From Nanobdellota archaeon (GTDB lineage: Archaea > Nanobdellota > Nanobdellia > Parvarchaeales > Parvarchaeaceae), in contig JAJZBD010000004.1 in NCBI GenBank assembly GCA_021799085.1, forward strand, positions 7,973-71,972: a DNA stretch of 64,000 nucleotides. Reading direction: 5' to 3'. Below, piece by piece: positions 27,241-37,219 of this stretch. The translations under genes were made by a program, and so were the position numbers. Position 1 is the stretch's first letter; every line of letters begins with the position of its first letter. The notes below the pieces were generated by a model, which was not told where the DNA came from, searched no databases, and saw only the letters and a list, made by a program, of their open reading frames with translations.

Positions 27241-27966
27241 ATGAAAATAAAGGGTATAATATTTGATTTCGACAATACATTAATAAACTCTTCAAAAACA
27301 ATAGACGATGCCAACAAATCCGTTTTAAACAAGATGCAGGAAGACTTCGAAATGATGGATTTGAAAACCTTTGACCGAATACTTAAAAAAGTCCAAAGAA
27401 AGTTCGACAGTCTAGATCCTATGAAAAGATACAAAAGGCTTTTTTATGAACTTTTTGCAGAAGAAAGTGGCTTGAGCATTGATACCGAAAAGATAGATGT
27501 ATATGCTGAGATTTTTGAGAGCCACCTTATAAATAGAATGGAATTTACAGAGGGGGCTGAAGAAACTATAGACCGGCTTAAAAATATGGGATTGAAAGTA
27601 GGTCTGCTAACAGGAGCAGGGTTCTATCCTGGCCTAAAAAAAAGAACACTAGAGAAATTTGACCGTAATGGAAAGTTTGATGTAAAAATCATTGCAGGTG
27701 ATAACATACAGGAAAGCAAGCACAATCCAGAAGCATTTAAAAAAACGGCTGCAATGCTGAAGCTTAAAACAGATGAGATAATATTCATAGGAGACACTCC
27801 TGATATAGACATTGACAACGCAAAAGAAGCAGGCATGAAAACGGTGCTTTTTGACAGATACAACGAAGAAAAGCGAAAAATCTCTAAGAATAAGCCAGAT
27901 TTTGTAATAGAGGATATGCGGGATATTTACAAAATATTGGATGGTTTAAATCAAGTATTAGACTGA
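27241..27966 (+). CDS. HAD-superfamily hydrolase (start moved to MKIKG)
   Basis: FDFDNTL motif I, LLTG, K..PE, IGDT...DI..AK. Confidence 0.9.
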   Translation: MKIKGIIFDFDNTLINSSKTIDDANKSVLNKMQEDFEMMDLKTFDRILKKVQRKFDSLDPMKRYKRLFYELFAEESGLSIDTEKIDVYAEIFESHLINRMEFTEGAEETIDRLKNMGLKVGLLTGAGFYPGLKKRTLEKFDRNGKFDVKIIAGDNIQESKHNPEAFKKTAAMLKLKTDEIIFIGDTPDIDIDNAKEAGMKTVLFDRYNEEKRKISKNKPDFVIEDMRDIYKILDGLNQVLD

Positions 27967-28883
27967 GATATCTTCTCTTTTATCTTGTCTATAACATTCT
28001 GAACGTTTTCCTGTCCACCAAGAGAGGCAAGTGCAGTTGTAGAAAGACCTGCCATACCACCTAACATGCTTCCTGCGCTTTGCATAAACTGCATTGGGAG
28101 CACTATCTTGGAAGAGCTTGACTCTCCCACTTGCTTAAGAGCCTGAAGGTATAGGTACATTATTGAACGGTCATCAAGTGCTTTGCTGCCTTCTCCTATT
28201 GCTTCCATTACTATCTTCTGTGCCTCTGCTTTAAACCTCTGCGCCTGTAACAAATTAGCGGCTATTTCCGGTTGCTGCATGGCCTGTATAACTTCATTAG
28301 ATGGCGAAACCGATCTTAATTGCACGGAAGGAACATCTATGCCCCACTTCCAAGTCATGTGTCTTATTGCGTCTGCAAGTATGTCATTTAATCTGTCAAG
28401 GCTTCCGAAAACCTGCCTCATAGTCAAGGATGCTATTGCATTCCTGACTGCAGATTGAACTAAATTGGATAAACCCTGCCCATAGTTATCTATCTGTAAT
28501 GTTGCCTTCTCAGGATCCACAATCTGATAATATATAGTGCCGTCAAGTGAAATTTTAAGGTCATCGGCTGTGAATATATCTGAAGAAGTTATATCCATCA
28601 TCTTTACCCTAACATCGACCTTCTTGTATTCCTCTTCAAAAAATGGCACAACTATAGCCCAGCCTGGGCCGGCTATACGGTTGAACTTGCCAAGTCTGAA
28701 TATTATGCCTCTTTCGAACTGGCTATATTTCTTTACAAAAGTTATAAAGAATATCACTGCAAGCAATACTATGAATATTATAATGAATGCATAAAACAAA
28801 CTTGGTATGAAAATGCTTAGAAGGAAAAGAGCAACTAAAGCTATTATTCCTACTACGAAAACCCAAAATTCTCCTGGACTCAT
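27951..28883 (-). CDS. SPFH/band 7 (stomatin-like) membrane protein
   Basis: N-terminal TM hairpin, FRLGKF...GPG...VPF, VDVR, AVRNAIA. Confidence 0.9.
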   Translation of the reverse strand: MSPGEFWVFVVGIIALVALFLLSIFIPSLFYAFIIIFIVLLAVIFFITFVKKYSQFERGIIFRLGKFNRIAGPGWAIVVPFFEEEYKKVDVRVKMMDITSSDIFTADDLKISLDGTIYYQIVDPEKATLQIDNYGQGLSNLVQSAVRNAIASLTMRQVFGSLDRLNDILADAIRHMTWKWGIDVPSVQLRSVSPSNEVIQAMQQPEIAANLLQAQRFKAEAQKIVMEAIGEGSKALDDRSIMYLYLQALKQVGESSSSKIVLPMQFMQSAGSMLGGMAGLSTTALASLGGQENVQNVIDKIKEKISQSNT

Positions 28884-28923
28884 AGTATTTATAAGAAGAT
28901 TTTTAATTTATAACCATTCCTTT

Positions 28924-29640
28924 TCAGAATACCACAAGATCAAGGGTCATTCTACCATCTATTTCAGCGTATTTCATTATTCCCCTGTTACTTATTTCGG
29001 TAGAACTTCCTATGTATTGATTGAATTTCGGCACTATTAGTGCCTTCTTCAATTTAGACCCTGGATACCTGTCCCTTGGAAGTTTTATCTTAAGCATGAA
29101 AAAGCAGTCTTCTTTATATGAAACCCCATTTGAATCTTTGAAGGTAAAGGAGGGATGTATGTGGCTGATGCAGAGGGTGTCAGCTTCTTTTGCTGCTTCC
29201 AAAGATGGAAGAGCGTGGCCATGCATAAACGCCATCTTATTGTATATGAATTCGTTTTTAACTGATATGTTGCTGAATCTGCTGGTTATCTTTTCTATCC
29301 CACCATCATGGTTACCTTTTGTAAGTATTATTTCATCGAAATTGTCTGACAGCCTTGAAAAAAACTTTATCAGTGCGCCACCTTCCTTCGGCTTTATCTC
29401 TGTGTATTCCTTCCTTATGTCCCCCAACAAGATAAGCTTTCTAGAATCCAGCTTTATTATCTGATCTGTGATTTCATCAGTTTTTTCCCAGATGTTGTAT
29501 CCGCTGCTGTTTATGTCATCTTCAAAGCCGATATGCACATCGCCAACAACCGCATATTCCCCTACAAAAACTGCCCTTGAACCCTTCTTAAACCTTATAT
29601 TAAAATCTTCTATGTCCATTATAGCCTTCAAAACTATCAA
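28924..29640 (-). CDS. Calcineurin-like metallophosphoesterase
   Basis: GDVHIG, LGD, GNHDG, HGH, HIHP. Confidence 0.85.
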   Translation of the reverse strand: MIVLKAIMDIEDFNIRFKKGSRAVFVGEYAVVGDVHIGFEDDINSSGYNIWEKTDEITDQIIKLDSRKLILLGDIRKEYTEIKPKEGGALIKFFSRLSDNFDEIILTKGNHDGGIEKITSRFSNISVKNEFIYNKMAFMHGHALPSLEAAKEADTLCISHIHPSFTFKDSNGVSYKEDCFFMLKIKLPRDRYPGSKLKKALIVPKFNQYIGSSTEISNRGIMKYAEIDGRMTLDLVVF

Positions 29641-29740
29641 TACCCTATTGCTCTAATATTCTATATAAAAATAAGCCTTTAAGCATATTTAATACGTCTC
29701 TGCAGTTATGACCTGCATAGCCATGTAACGATCATAACCG

Positions 29741-31093
29741 CTATGCAAATATTACACCAATGAACAAAGCCAATGTAAGTATTATTAGTATAGCCTCTTT
29801 TACCCTCTGCTCTTTTTTAACAGGTAATTGTTTTTTATCCTTTGTTATCCTGTCAATGACGTGCATTTCCGATAGTATATTAAAATAATAAAAGGTAGAG
29901 ACCAAAAGGGCAAAAAATGCAAGTATGACAAGTGCAAAGTATCCGCTGCTGAATAAAGCATAAAAGATAAGGAGCTTTCCAAAGAACCCTATGGTAGGTG
30001 GAAAACCAGCGAGAGATAGTATCCCTATAAAGAAAGCCACTGCGCCTATTCTTGAGACCTGTGACATTGAACTGCTTTCCTTCTTGTAAATTACTTTTCT
30101 GCTCTCAAACATATCATATGCAAGAAATACTATTGCATCTGCAACAGCAAATGCAAATATGTAAAACACTGCTGCATTTATCCCTTTTGTAGTAAGAACT
30201 GCTATGCTTATGAATGCAAAGCCTGCTTGTGAAATGCTTGAATAAGCAAGTATCCTCTTTATCCTATCCTGAACGGATGCAAGAAATGAACTAAGAAAGA
30301 TGGTTATAAGAGCTATTGAAAGGAAAAGTGCAGTCACAAAAAGAGAAGAGACTGGGAGTGCGAAAAAGAATACCCTTATCATTGCCATTAAGCCGGCCGC
30401 CTTGGATACCGACGAAATAAATGCCGTAACTGAGCTCCTTGAAGCTTCGTAGGTATCCGGGGCCCACATATGGAAGGGAACAAGGGTTGATTTAAAGCCC
30501 AGCCCTGCTACTACTATCGCAACACCCGCGATAAACGGTAAATACGAAATAACATGCAAAGAAGAAAATGATAGAGTCCCCGAACCAGCATATACAAGAG
30601 AAATACCGAATATCAAAATTACCATAGATATTACCCCTGTTGAAAGATATTTTACCGCCCCTTCGAGTGCGTTTCCCGACTTGTACATGTAAACAAGAGC
30701 ATATGTTGATATGGAAAGTATTTCAATGGAAATAAACAACGAAAGAAGGTTGCTTGATAAAACCACAAGAGTTGAACCGAGAACTGCAGAAAGATACGAA
30801 ATATCTATTGCAACGCCATGCTCGTTTTTATCCGATATTATAAAAAGATATATAAAAAAGGAGAGAAACAGCATAAAACCGGTTACAAACTGAGAGTACT
30901 GCACTTCTGAAAATAGATTTGTGTTCATGTTTCCGTAGATGATATCAAAAACAAGCGCCATGCCTAGGAAAACGGCCGTTATATAGTGCAAAAAGACCTT
31001 TTTGTTGCTCTTTAAACTACGCCTTAGAAAATCTACAAGTATAAGAAGCAATATTCCGGAAAAAAGAATGTACTGAGGGTTTAGATATTCCAT
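29741..31093 (-). CDS. nuoN: Complex I antiporter-like subunit N
   Basis: ISIEILS, FKSTLVPFHMWAPDTY, SKAAG, LAYSS, GFFGK. Confidence 0.88.
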   Translation of the reverse strand: MEYLNPQYILFSGILLLILVDFLRRSLKSNKKVFLHYITAVFLGMALVFDIIYGNMNTNLFSEVQYSQFVTGFMLFLSFFIYLFIISDKNEHGVAIDISYLSAVLGSTLVVLSSNLLSLFISIEILSISTYALVYMYKSGNALEGAVKYLSTGVISMVILIFGISLVYAGSGTLSFSSLHVISYLPFIAGVAIVVAGLGFKSTLVPFHMWAPDTYEASRSSVTAFISSVSKAAGLMAMIRVFFFALPVSSLFVTALFLSIALITIFLSSFLASVQDRIKRILAYSSISQAGFAFISIAVLTTKGINAAVFYIFAFAVADAIVFLAYDMFESRKVIYKKESSSMSQVSRIGAVAFFIGILSLAGFPPTIGFFGKLLIFYALFSSGYFALVILAFFALLVSTFYYFNILSEMHVIDRITKDKKQLPVKKEQRVKEAILIILTLALFIGVIFA

Positions 31094-31094
31094 T

Positions 31095-32507
31095 TTACAG
31101 GCCCCCCAGCGTGCTTAAAAGTAATGAAGGAAATAGACCTAACAAAAGGATAAAAAAAGACAGGAATACCATAAAAAGCAGCTCTATTTTTGATATGTCC
31201 GTTAAATTTCCAAATGTCTTTTTCAACTGACCAAATAAAGATTGCTTGATTACCCTTAAATAATAATTTGTAGACAGCATTATCCCGAATATCGCAAAAA
31301 GGGATATGCCCGCAACGCCATATGAGCCTATGAATATAAGGAATTCTCCAGGAAAGTTAGATAATCCGGGAACGCCAAGACTTGCAAATATGCCAAAAAT
31401 AAGAAAGAAGGAAAGCAAGGGCATCTTTGACATCAATCCTCCCATTTTTTCAGTTTCATTTGTACCTGTCTTTTGCAGAAGTATATAGGAGATGCCAAAC
31501 AGCATTGTTATTATGAAGCCATGGCTTACCATTAACAAAACCGAACCTGCGACTGCCAAGTTAATACCTGATGAAATACCGATAAAAACCAACGACATGT
31601 AGAACATGCTTGAATAAGAAAGCAGCTTTTTCAGATCCTTCTGTCCAGAAGCAGTAAATGCAATGTAGATTGCAGTGAATACCCCTAAAGCTATTAACGG
31701 CAACCTAAACTCCAAAAGCAAATTTCCAAAAAGTCCAAAGCCGAACAGGATAAATGCAAACCCTCCGAGCTTTGAAAGCATGCTGGATAACAGCATTGTT
31801 CCTGAAGAAGGGGAATAATAATAAGAGTCAAGAAGCCACCCATGAAGCGGAAAAATCGGCATTTTTATCATGACTGTTATTAACAGTAGGAAAAAGGAAA
31901 GATATTCTATATATAAAGGCAAAGCCGAGATTCTAGAAGCAATTACAGAAAAGTTGAAACTACCCGTGTAAAGGAAAAGAAGTATAAAGAATGCAAGAAG
32001 AGTAAGACTTCCAAACTGTGTGAACACCAGAAATTTCATTGCCGCTTTTTTACCCTTTTCACTATTGCCCCATAATCCTGTAATGAAGAAAAGAGAAAGA
32101 ACTGCGACTTCCCAGAAAATAAAGAACACTATCAAGTTAGATGAAACAAAAACGGATATAACTGAAATATATACTAAAAGATAAAAGAGGTAAAAAATGG
32201 TTTTGCTTTGTTTTATTTCCTTGGCTGCGAAAAGAAGTATTGCAAAGGGTACAGTTATTGCCAACAAAAGGAACGGGATAGTTATGAAATTTTCCTGCAG
32301 TGAAAAAGAGAAGCTTATGCTGGAATTTATGTTTACATTAAAGCTTGAAAAGCCGAAAACAAGGCCCAGAGCAAATAATACGGCGTTTGCTGCCATTACT
32401 GAAAGCACTATTATTTCAGGAGAAGGCAGTTTGTCATAGAATCTTTTTAATATTAAAAGCAGCATTCCTATCGCCGGTACCAATAAAAGAAAGATTAAGT
32501 TTATCAT
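31095..32507 (-). CDS. nuoM: Complex I antiporter-like subunit M
   Basis: FWEV, KMPIFPLHGWL, SKLG, SHG, PGEF. Confidence 0.88.
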   Translation of the reverse strand: MINLIFLLLVPAIGMLLLILKRFYDKLPSPEIIVLSVMAANAVLFALGLVFGFSSFNVNINSSISFSFSLQENFITIPFLLLAITVPFAILLFAAKEIKQSKTIFYLFYLLVYISVISVFVSSNLIVFFIFWEVAVLSLFFITGLWGNSEKGKKAAMKFLVFTQFGSLTLLAFFILLFLYTGSFNFSVIASRISALPLYIEYLSFFLLLITVMIKMPIFPLHGWLLDSYYYSPSSGTMLLSSMLSKLGGFAFILFGFGLFGNLLLEFRLPLIALGVFTAIYIAFTASGQKDLKKLLSYSSMFYMSLVFIGISSGINLAVAGSVLLMVSHGFIITMLFGISYILLQKTGTNETEKMGGLMSKMPLLSFFLIFGIFASLGVPGLSNFPGEFLIFIGSYGVAGISLFAIFGIMLSTNYYLRVIKQSLFGQLKKTFGNLTDISKIELLFMVFLSFFILLLGLFPSLLLSTLGGL

Positions 32508-34252
32508 ATGAAAATCACCGCTAAAAGGAGAATTACAGCTAGCCCTATAATTACTGCTGTCAGATACCTAAAAGCATCTCCATTTTCAATCTCTCTTGTC
32601 TTTGAGGATAGGATAAAAGTTGATTCCGCAATCCTCGACATTGCACTTGAAAACATGAAATCAAACCTTCCAACGTAAAAACCAAAGGTTGAAATCGCAT
32701 TTCCAATTGCTATTATGAACTTCTCATATCCATAGCCTGCAATTTTTTCTGATAGACTCTTCATTCTTTCCGTTAATTGCTGTGTTTTCCCAAGATAAAA
32801 GACCTCATATGAAACGAGGATACCTAGCAAAGAAGCCGCGAGTGCTATAAACGAAAAGACATCAAAAGAATACGCAATGCTTATTATTCCTTTAAAGAAG
32901 TAAAGGAAAGCTCCACCAACCGTGGAAATTATTGAGAGAAGTATTATTGGAAAAAAAAGATTGAATTCCTTTTTAAGAGGTTTTTTTGCCTTACTGCCGA
33001 ATATAACAAAAAAGGCTCTAAATGAAAAAATAGCAGTAATAAAGGCAACAAAAACAAAGGCGATGTTTTCAAATACATTAAAGTTATGCGTAAGGGCCGA
33101 ATGTGCAAAAAAGCTCATAAAAGGAGGTATGGCCGAGATTGAAGCAAAACCTATTAATGCAGGGATTGTGAACCATGTTCCCCTTAATTTCTTCTTATTC
33201 AGCTCATATATATCGTAAGTACCGAAAATAATTGCAAGCCCTCCGCTTATGAAGAAAAGCATGGATTTGAAAACTGCATGCGTAAACAGGTAAAAGATTG
33301 CCCCTCCTGCATTTAAGGTCCCTATTGCAAGGAACATGAACGCAAGGCTTTCTATTGTGGAGTATGCGAGTATCTTTTTGAAGTGCCTTTCCTTTAAGCC
33401 AAGCAATGCGGCTGCAAAGGCAGTAATGAACCCTATCACGACTATCAAGTTAAGAAGGCCGGCTGCAGAAATGAGGGGGAGAAGCCTTACAAGGAGGTAT
33501 GCACCTGCTGCAACCATTGTCGCAGAATGAAGAAGGGAACTTACCGGAGTAGGGCCTTCCATCGCATCTATCAACCATGTGTAGAATGGAAACTGCGCTG
33601 CCTTTGAAAGTCCCGCAATTGTAAAGAGAGAACCTGCAATTACCAATGCAGACAAAGGCATTAAATAGAGGGAGTTCAAAATAGAAGATATTGAAAAAGT
33701 CTTAAGCGCAGAGAAGACCACTATTAAAGCCGCAAGAAAGGCAAGATCACCAATTCTTGTTATTAGTAGGGCCTTCTTGCTGGAAACCGCTGGCCCTTCT
33801 CTGTCATACCAAAAGCCTATCAATAGGTAGGAGGTTATACCAACAAATTCCCAAAATATAAAGAACAGAAGCAGACTGTTTGATAACACCAGGCCGAGCA
33901 TAGAGAATATGAAAAATGACATCTCTGCATAAAACCTTGCATGCCTTTCTTTTTTCATGTAAACGCCTGCAAACATTAAAACCATGATTGATATGAATGA
34001 AACCAGCAACGCCATGAAAAGGGTTAGGTTATTTCCTATAAAGGAAAGCGAGAAGGACAAGCTACTGAAGGAAAACCAAGTATAGCTTTCTATTATGTCC
34101 TTATTGAAATAAAGAATAAAGAAGAAAATTGAAAGAAGGAAGGAAATTACTGCAGCCGACAATGAAATCAACCAGCTTATATTTTTTCTTTCTCCCAATA
34201 ATGGAATGACAACTGCAGAAATTAACAATGGAAGAAGTATTAGATACAGCAT
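32504..34252 (-). CDS. nuoL: Complex I antiporter-like subunit L
   Basis: WEFVG..SYLLIGFW, RIGD, KAAQFP..WL.DAMEGPTPVSSLLHSATMV, HAVFK; lateral helix and final TM present. Confidence 0.9.
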   Translation of the reverse strand: MLYLILLPLLISAVVIPLLGERKNISWLISLSAAVISFLLSIFFFILYFNKDIIESYTWFSFSSLSFSLSFIGNNLTLFMALLVSFISIMVLMFAGVYMKKERHARFYAEMSFFIFSMLGLVLSNSLLLFFIFWEFVGITSYLLIGFWYDREGPAVSSKKALLITRIGDLAFLAALIVVFSALKTFSISSILNSLYLMPLSALVIAGSLFTIAGLSKAAQFPFYTWLIDAMEGPTPVSSLLHSATMVAAGAYLLVRLLPLISAAGLLNLIVVIGFITAFAAALLGLKERHFKKILAYSTIESLAFMFLAIGTLNAGGAIFYLFTHAVFKSMLFFISGGLAIIFGTYDIYELNKKKLRGTWFTIPALIGFASISAIPPFMSFFAHSALTHNFNVFENIAFVFVAFITAIFSFRAFFVIFGSKAKKPLKKEFNLFFPIILLSIISTVGGAFLYFFKGIISIAYSFDVFSFIALAASLLGILVSYEVFYLGKTQQLTERMKSLSEKIAGYGYEKFIIAIGNAISTFGFYVGRFDFMFSSAMSRIAESTFILSSKTREIENGDAFRYLTAVIIGLAVILLLAVIFI

Positions 34253-34253
34253 A

Positions 34254-34556
34254 TCAGCCTTTGTACCTCCCTAGTTTTGATATCGAAAGTGAGCCGGTCT
34301 TCCTTGAAAACACTACCATCAATGCGATGAAAACAACTGTTTCAAATACTATCATTATTAGCGTTATAAGGGCATAGCTTATTCCATTTAAAGCTGAATA
34401 AAAATTGGCGGCAGACACAAAATTTATTATGGCCGCATTCACTATTATCTCAGAGGATATGATTATGGATATGCCTTCCCTTCTTGAAAGTATGCCATAA
34501 ATTCCTATGACAAACAGTATACTTGTAAGCAGCAGAAAATAATTCTCAGGTATCAT
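34254..34556 (-). CDS. nuoK: Complex I subunit K
   Basis: LFVIGIYGIL, SEIIVNAA and FETVV (both conserved Glu). Confidence 0.85.
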   Translation of the reverse strand: MIPENYFLLLTSILFVIGIYGILSRREGISIIISSEIIVNAAIINFVSAANFYSALNGISYALITLIMIVFETVVFIALMVVFSRKTGSLSISKLGRYKG

Positions 34557-35029
34557 ACATTTTCACCCCTGCTTATTATGTATATTGTTGAGAATATGCT
34601 TGCTATTGCAGTGAATGCTAGCACAAAAAGAAGGCCTGCGTAATTTTGGAAGAAGTACGCTCCAAAATCCGCATAGTTCAAAGCAGAAGAGTACTGAGTA
34701 GAAGGCATTTTAATCAGTAGAAATGAAGTTACTGCCAGGATTATTATTGGAAGAGAAAAAGCAAGCTTTGAGTTTATCCTTTTAACTGTCCCTTCTGGCA
34801 TTGAGCTTATCCCTATTGCAAGCAAAAGCACTATCCCCCCATTGTATATTATAAGTTCTGCTATTCCAAGAAAAACAGCATTCAGGTAAAGTATCATTGC
34901 TGTTACGGATATAACAAACATAAACATGTAAAGAAGGGAGTGTATAAGATTCTTGGTAGCGACCATAAGGATGGCAGTAGATATAAGCAATCCTGAGATT
35001 ATCAAAAACCCAATGCTTCCCAAATCCAT
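34553..35029 (-). CDS. nuoJ: Complex I subunit J
   Basis: KNLIHSLLY, LIIYNGGIVLL; directly upstream of nuoK. Confidence 0.8.
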   Translation of the reverse strand: MDLGSIGFLIISGLLISTAILMVATKNLIHSLLYMFMFVISVTAMILYLNAVFLGIAELIIYNGGIVLLLAIGISSMPEGTVKRINSKLAFSLPIIILAVTSFLLIKMPSTQYSSALNYADFGAYFFQNYAGLLFVLAFTAIASIFSTIYIISRGENV

Positions 35030-35140
35030 TACAGTAGATAAGAACTTTATAAATAAATAAGTGGTTTTTCAATACTAACAACAAACTAGCTTAAAAACTG
35101 CAAATAATACTTATTTATTTAAACGAAATCATATATTTTT

Positions 35141-36007
35141 ATGATTGGATTCAGCATAAAGAACTACGAGAAGGAGTTTGATACTCAAGAATTGGAAAAA
35201 AAGCATGTATTCTATGATCTTTACATAAAAAGCGACGATCCGCAGGTACTGAGGAACCAAGTATCAGAGTACATGACTGACATGGACTATAAGATATTGC
35301 TCAATGAACTTGCAAAATTCAATGACAATGAACTGGAAGAAACCTTCAGAGGCGGGAATGTAAAGCCGATAAGAGCGCTCATAAAAAGTGCGAAAGATAA
35401 CAAAAAAGGGTCAAAATACCCAATAGCGTGGAAGACCTGCCTCATTCTGGGGATAGTGCTGCTGGCGCTTCTTCTTGTTTCCTACCGCTCAAACATATAC
35501 ACAAATATAACTCATTTCAGCTATTCTCCGTCTGCACTTGTGCTTTATGGGATGATAGCCTTTTTCTTACTATCACTAATATTCTTTGAAATAAAGAAAA
35601 TAGTGCCTATATTTCTGTGGGCAAAGATAATAGGTGTATATGACCCTACAGAGGAATCAGCCAATGTAAGAGTAGTGCTAGCAGGAGACTGCAAATTCAA
35701 GGACAAAGACTCATATTCTAAGCTTGAAGGGGACATGACAGAGATGTACAGCGAACTTTCAAGAAAATACGGCAATAAACTAGATAAAAGACAGCTTGCC
35801 AACAGTGTTTCAAGCAGCCTCTCAATGGGGCCACAAGGTTCAACGAAGCTTAACAACAAATTAAGGGACATTGAAAAGGAGTCTGCAGATTTAGAAAGAA
35901 ACTTCGTTGCTGGCAAAATAAGTGAAGATGAATACAAAAAAATGAAGGCACAGATAGAAGCTAAAAGGCAGCAGCTTGACACTTTATTTGATTTAATTAA
36001 TGGTTAG
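35141..36007 (+). CDS. Two-TM membrane protein with C-terminal coiled coil and SHOCT-like motif
   Basis: Central TM hairpin; LERNFVAGKISEDEYKKMK. Confidence 0.7.
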   Translation: MIGFSIKNYEKEFDTQELEKKHVFYDLYIKSDDPQVLRNQVSEYMTDMDYKILLNELAKFNDNELEETFRGGNVKPIRALIKSAKDNKKGSKYPIAWKTCLILGIVLLALLLVSYRSNIYTNITHFSYSPSALVLYGMIAFFLLSLIFFEIKKIVPIFLWAKIIGVYDPTEESANVRVVLAGDCKFKDKDSYSKLEGDMTEMYSELSRKYGNKLDKRQLANSVSSSLSMGPQGSTKLNNKLRDIEKESADLERNFVAGKISEDEYKKMKAQIEAKRQQLDTLFDLING

Positions 36008-36063
36008 ACAACGAATTAAAAAATTTATCTTGCTATATATCCAATTTTAACCAAAAGAATGGT

Positions 36064-36447
36064 TCATTTTTTATCTCTATTTAGGTCTCTTATAATTTGG
36101 TCGTATTCCTTTTTTGTTATTTCTCCTCTCGCGTATCTCCTCTGCAAGTACCTAACTGCTCTGTAATCGTGATAGCTATTTTTGTTAGAGGGGATGTTGC
36201 TATAGCTGTACCTCCAAGACCTAGAAAAAAGCCAAAAAATAAGTAGTACAAAAATTACGAAGCCAATAAAGCCCCAAATCATGTTATAAAAATAAAATTG
36301 CGGATAATAAAATGGCATATTCACTGAATTTAAGTGACCCGAATAGTATGTCCCAATAAACACAAGAACTATTACAAAGCCAAAAACAATCAATAGCCGG
36401 ATAGATCTCCAAAACTCAATTCTATCTATTATCTTTGAGCTATCCAT
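36064..36447 (-). CDS. Two-TM protein with SHOCT domain
   Basis: YLQRRYARGEITKKEYDQIIRDL. Confidence 0.75.
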   Translation of the reverse strand: MDSSKIIDRIEFWRSIRLLIVFGFVIVLVFIGTYYSGHLNSVNMPFYYPQFYFYNMIWGFIGFVIFVLLIFWLFSRSWRYSYSNIPSNKNSYHDYRAVRYLQRRYARGEITKKEYDQIIRDLNRDKK

Positions 36448-36455
36448 ATTAGATT

Positions 36456-36629
36456 TTACTTCTTAGAAGACAAACTTAGCTCTTTCTTCCTAAGCTCGTT
36501 CTTCAGCTGAGCGACTTTCTTCTTCAAATGTCTGTACTTACCAGCATCAGCTGGCTGGAGCCCCTGCGTCTTCTTTATGTTCATTTTCAGAAGTTCCATT
36601 TCCAAGTCCTTCAGATTCTCTTCCATCAT
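36456..36629 (-). CDS. rpl29: 50S ribosomal protein L29 (57 aa), absent from ORF track, overlapping rps3
   Basis: Hand translation MMEENLKDLEMELLKMNIKKTQGLQPADAGKYRHLKKKVAQLKNELRKKE; conserved position after S3; GGAGGAGTGA SD 6 nt upstream. Confidence 0.8.
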   Translation of the reverse strand: MMEENLKDLEMELLKMNIKKTQGLQPADAGKYRHLKKKVAQLKNELRKKELSLSSKK

Positions 36630-37218
36630 TTATTTTCACTCCTCCAATGTTTTCAGTCGGCACAACTATAGTCACCTTTATGCCTATTGATCCTCTTTTA
36701 AGCACTAGCTGTTTTTTTGCACTTCTTACGCCGAAAAACTCCACCTGCCCAGTCTTTGGCATTACACTACCAGTCGGCCTGAATTTAAAATGTGCAGCTC
36801 TCTCCTTTATGACTCCACCTATCTCTATTTCTACCCCTTTTGCCCCTGCGGCCATTATGCTGTCCATTGCCTTATGAGCAACTACCTTATATTTCATGGG
36901 CCCGTACTTAGCTATCTTAAAGGCTATTGAGTCTGCCACTATGGCAGGATCTAAATTAGGATTCTGTGAGCCTTCAACTTCTATTCTCGGGGATTCCTGG
37001 TTGAAATATTCTCCAAGTTCCTTTGAACTTTCCCTTAGTATTTGATTTGCCCGGGTTATTATTGCTCCTGGCTTGGGTGTTTTTATCACTATTTTCATAC
37101 CCAAAGGAGTTTTCTCTATCCTTATATCACTTATTCCAAATCTATTGAATTTCTTGAATAGATATTCCCTTGCTGTCTCATCATTCACTTTGTTTGCGAT
37201 TATTTTTTTGGGTAACAT
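36547..37218 (-). CDS. rps3: 30S ribosomal protein S3
   Basis: IEKTPLG..IVIKTPKPGAII, NPNLDP..VA..IA, GAKGVEIEIGG, GSIGIKVTI. Confidence 0.92.
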   Translation of the reverse strand: MLPKKIIANKVNDETAREYLFKKFNRFGISDIRIEKTPLGMKIVIKTPKPGAIITRANQILRESSKELGEYFNQESPRIEVEGSQNPNLDPAIVADSIAFKIAKYGPMKYKVVAHKAMDSIMAAGAKGVEIEIGGVIKERAAHFKFRPTGSVMPKTGQVEFFGVRSAKKQLVLKRGSIGIKVTIVVPTENIGGVKINDGRESEGLGNGTSENEHKEDAGAPAS

Positions 37219-37219
37219 G

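Noticed and set aside
27080-27301. ORF extensions across the tRNA (26459..27301 minus, 27145..27240 plus, 27126..27434 minus)
   Set aside because: They read through tRNA-Thr(TGT); better starts exist at 27079 and 27241
36547-36629. Programmed frameshift fusing S3 and L29
   Set aside because: L29 has its own SD and ATG and no obvious slippery heptamer, so independent initiation is simpler
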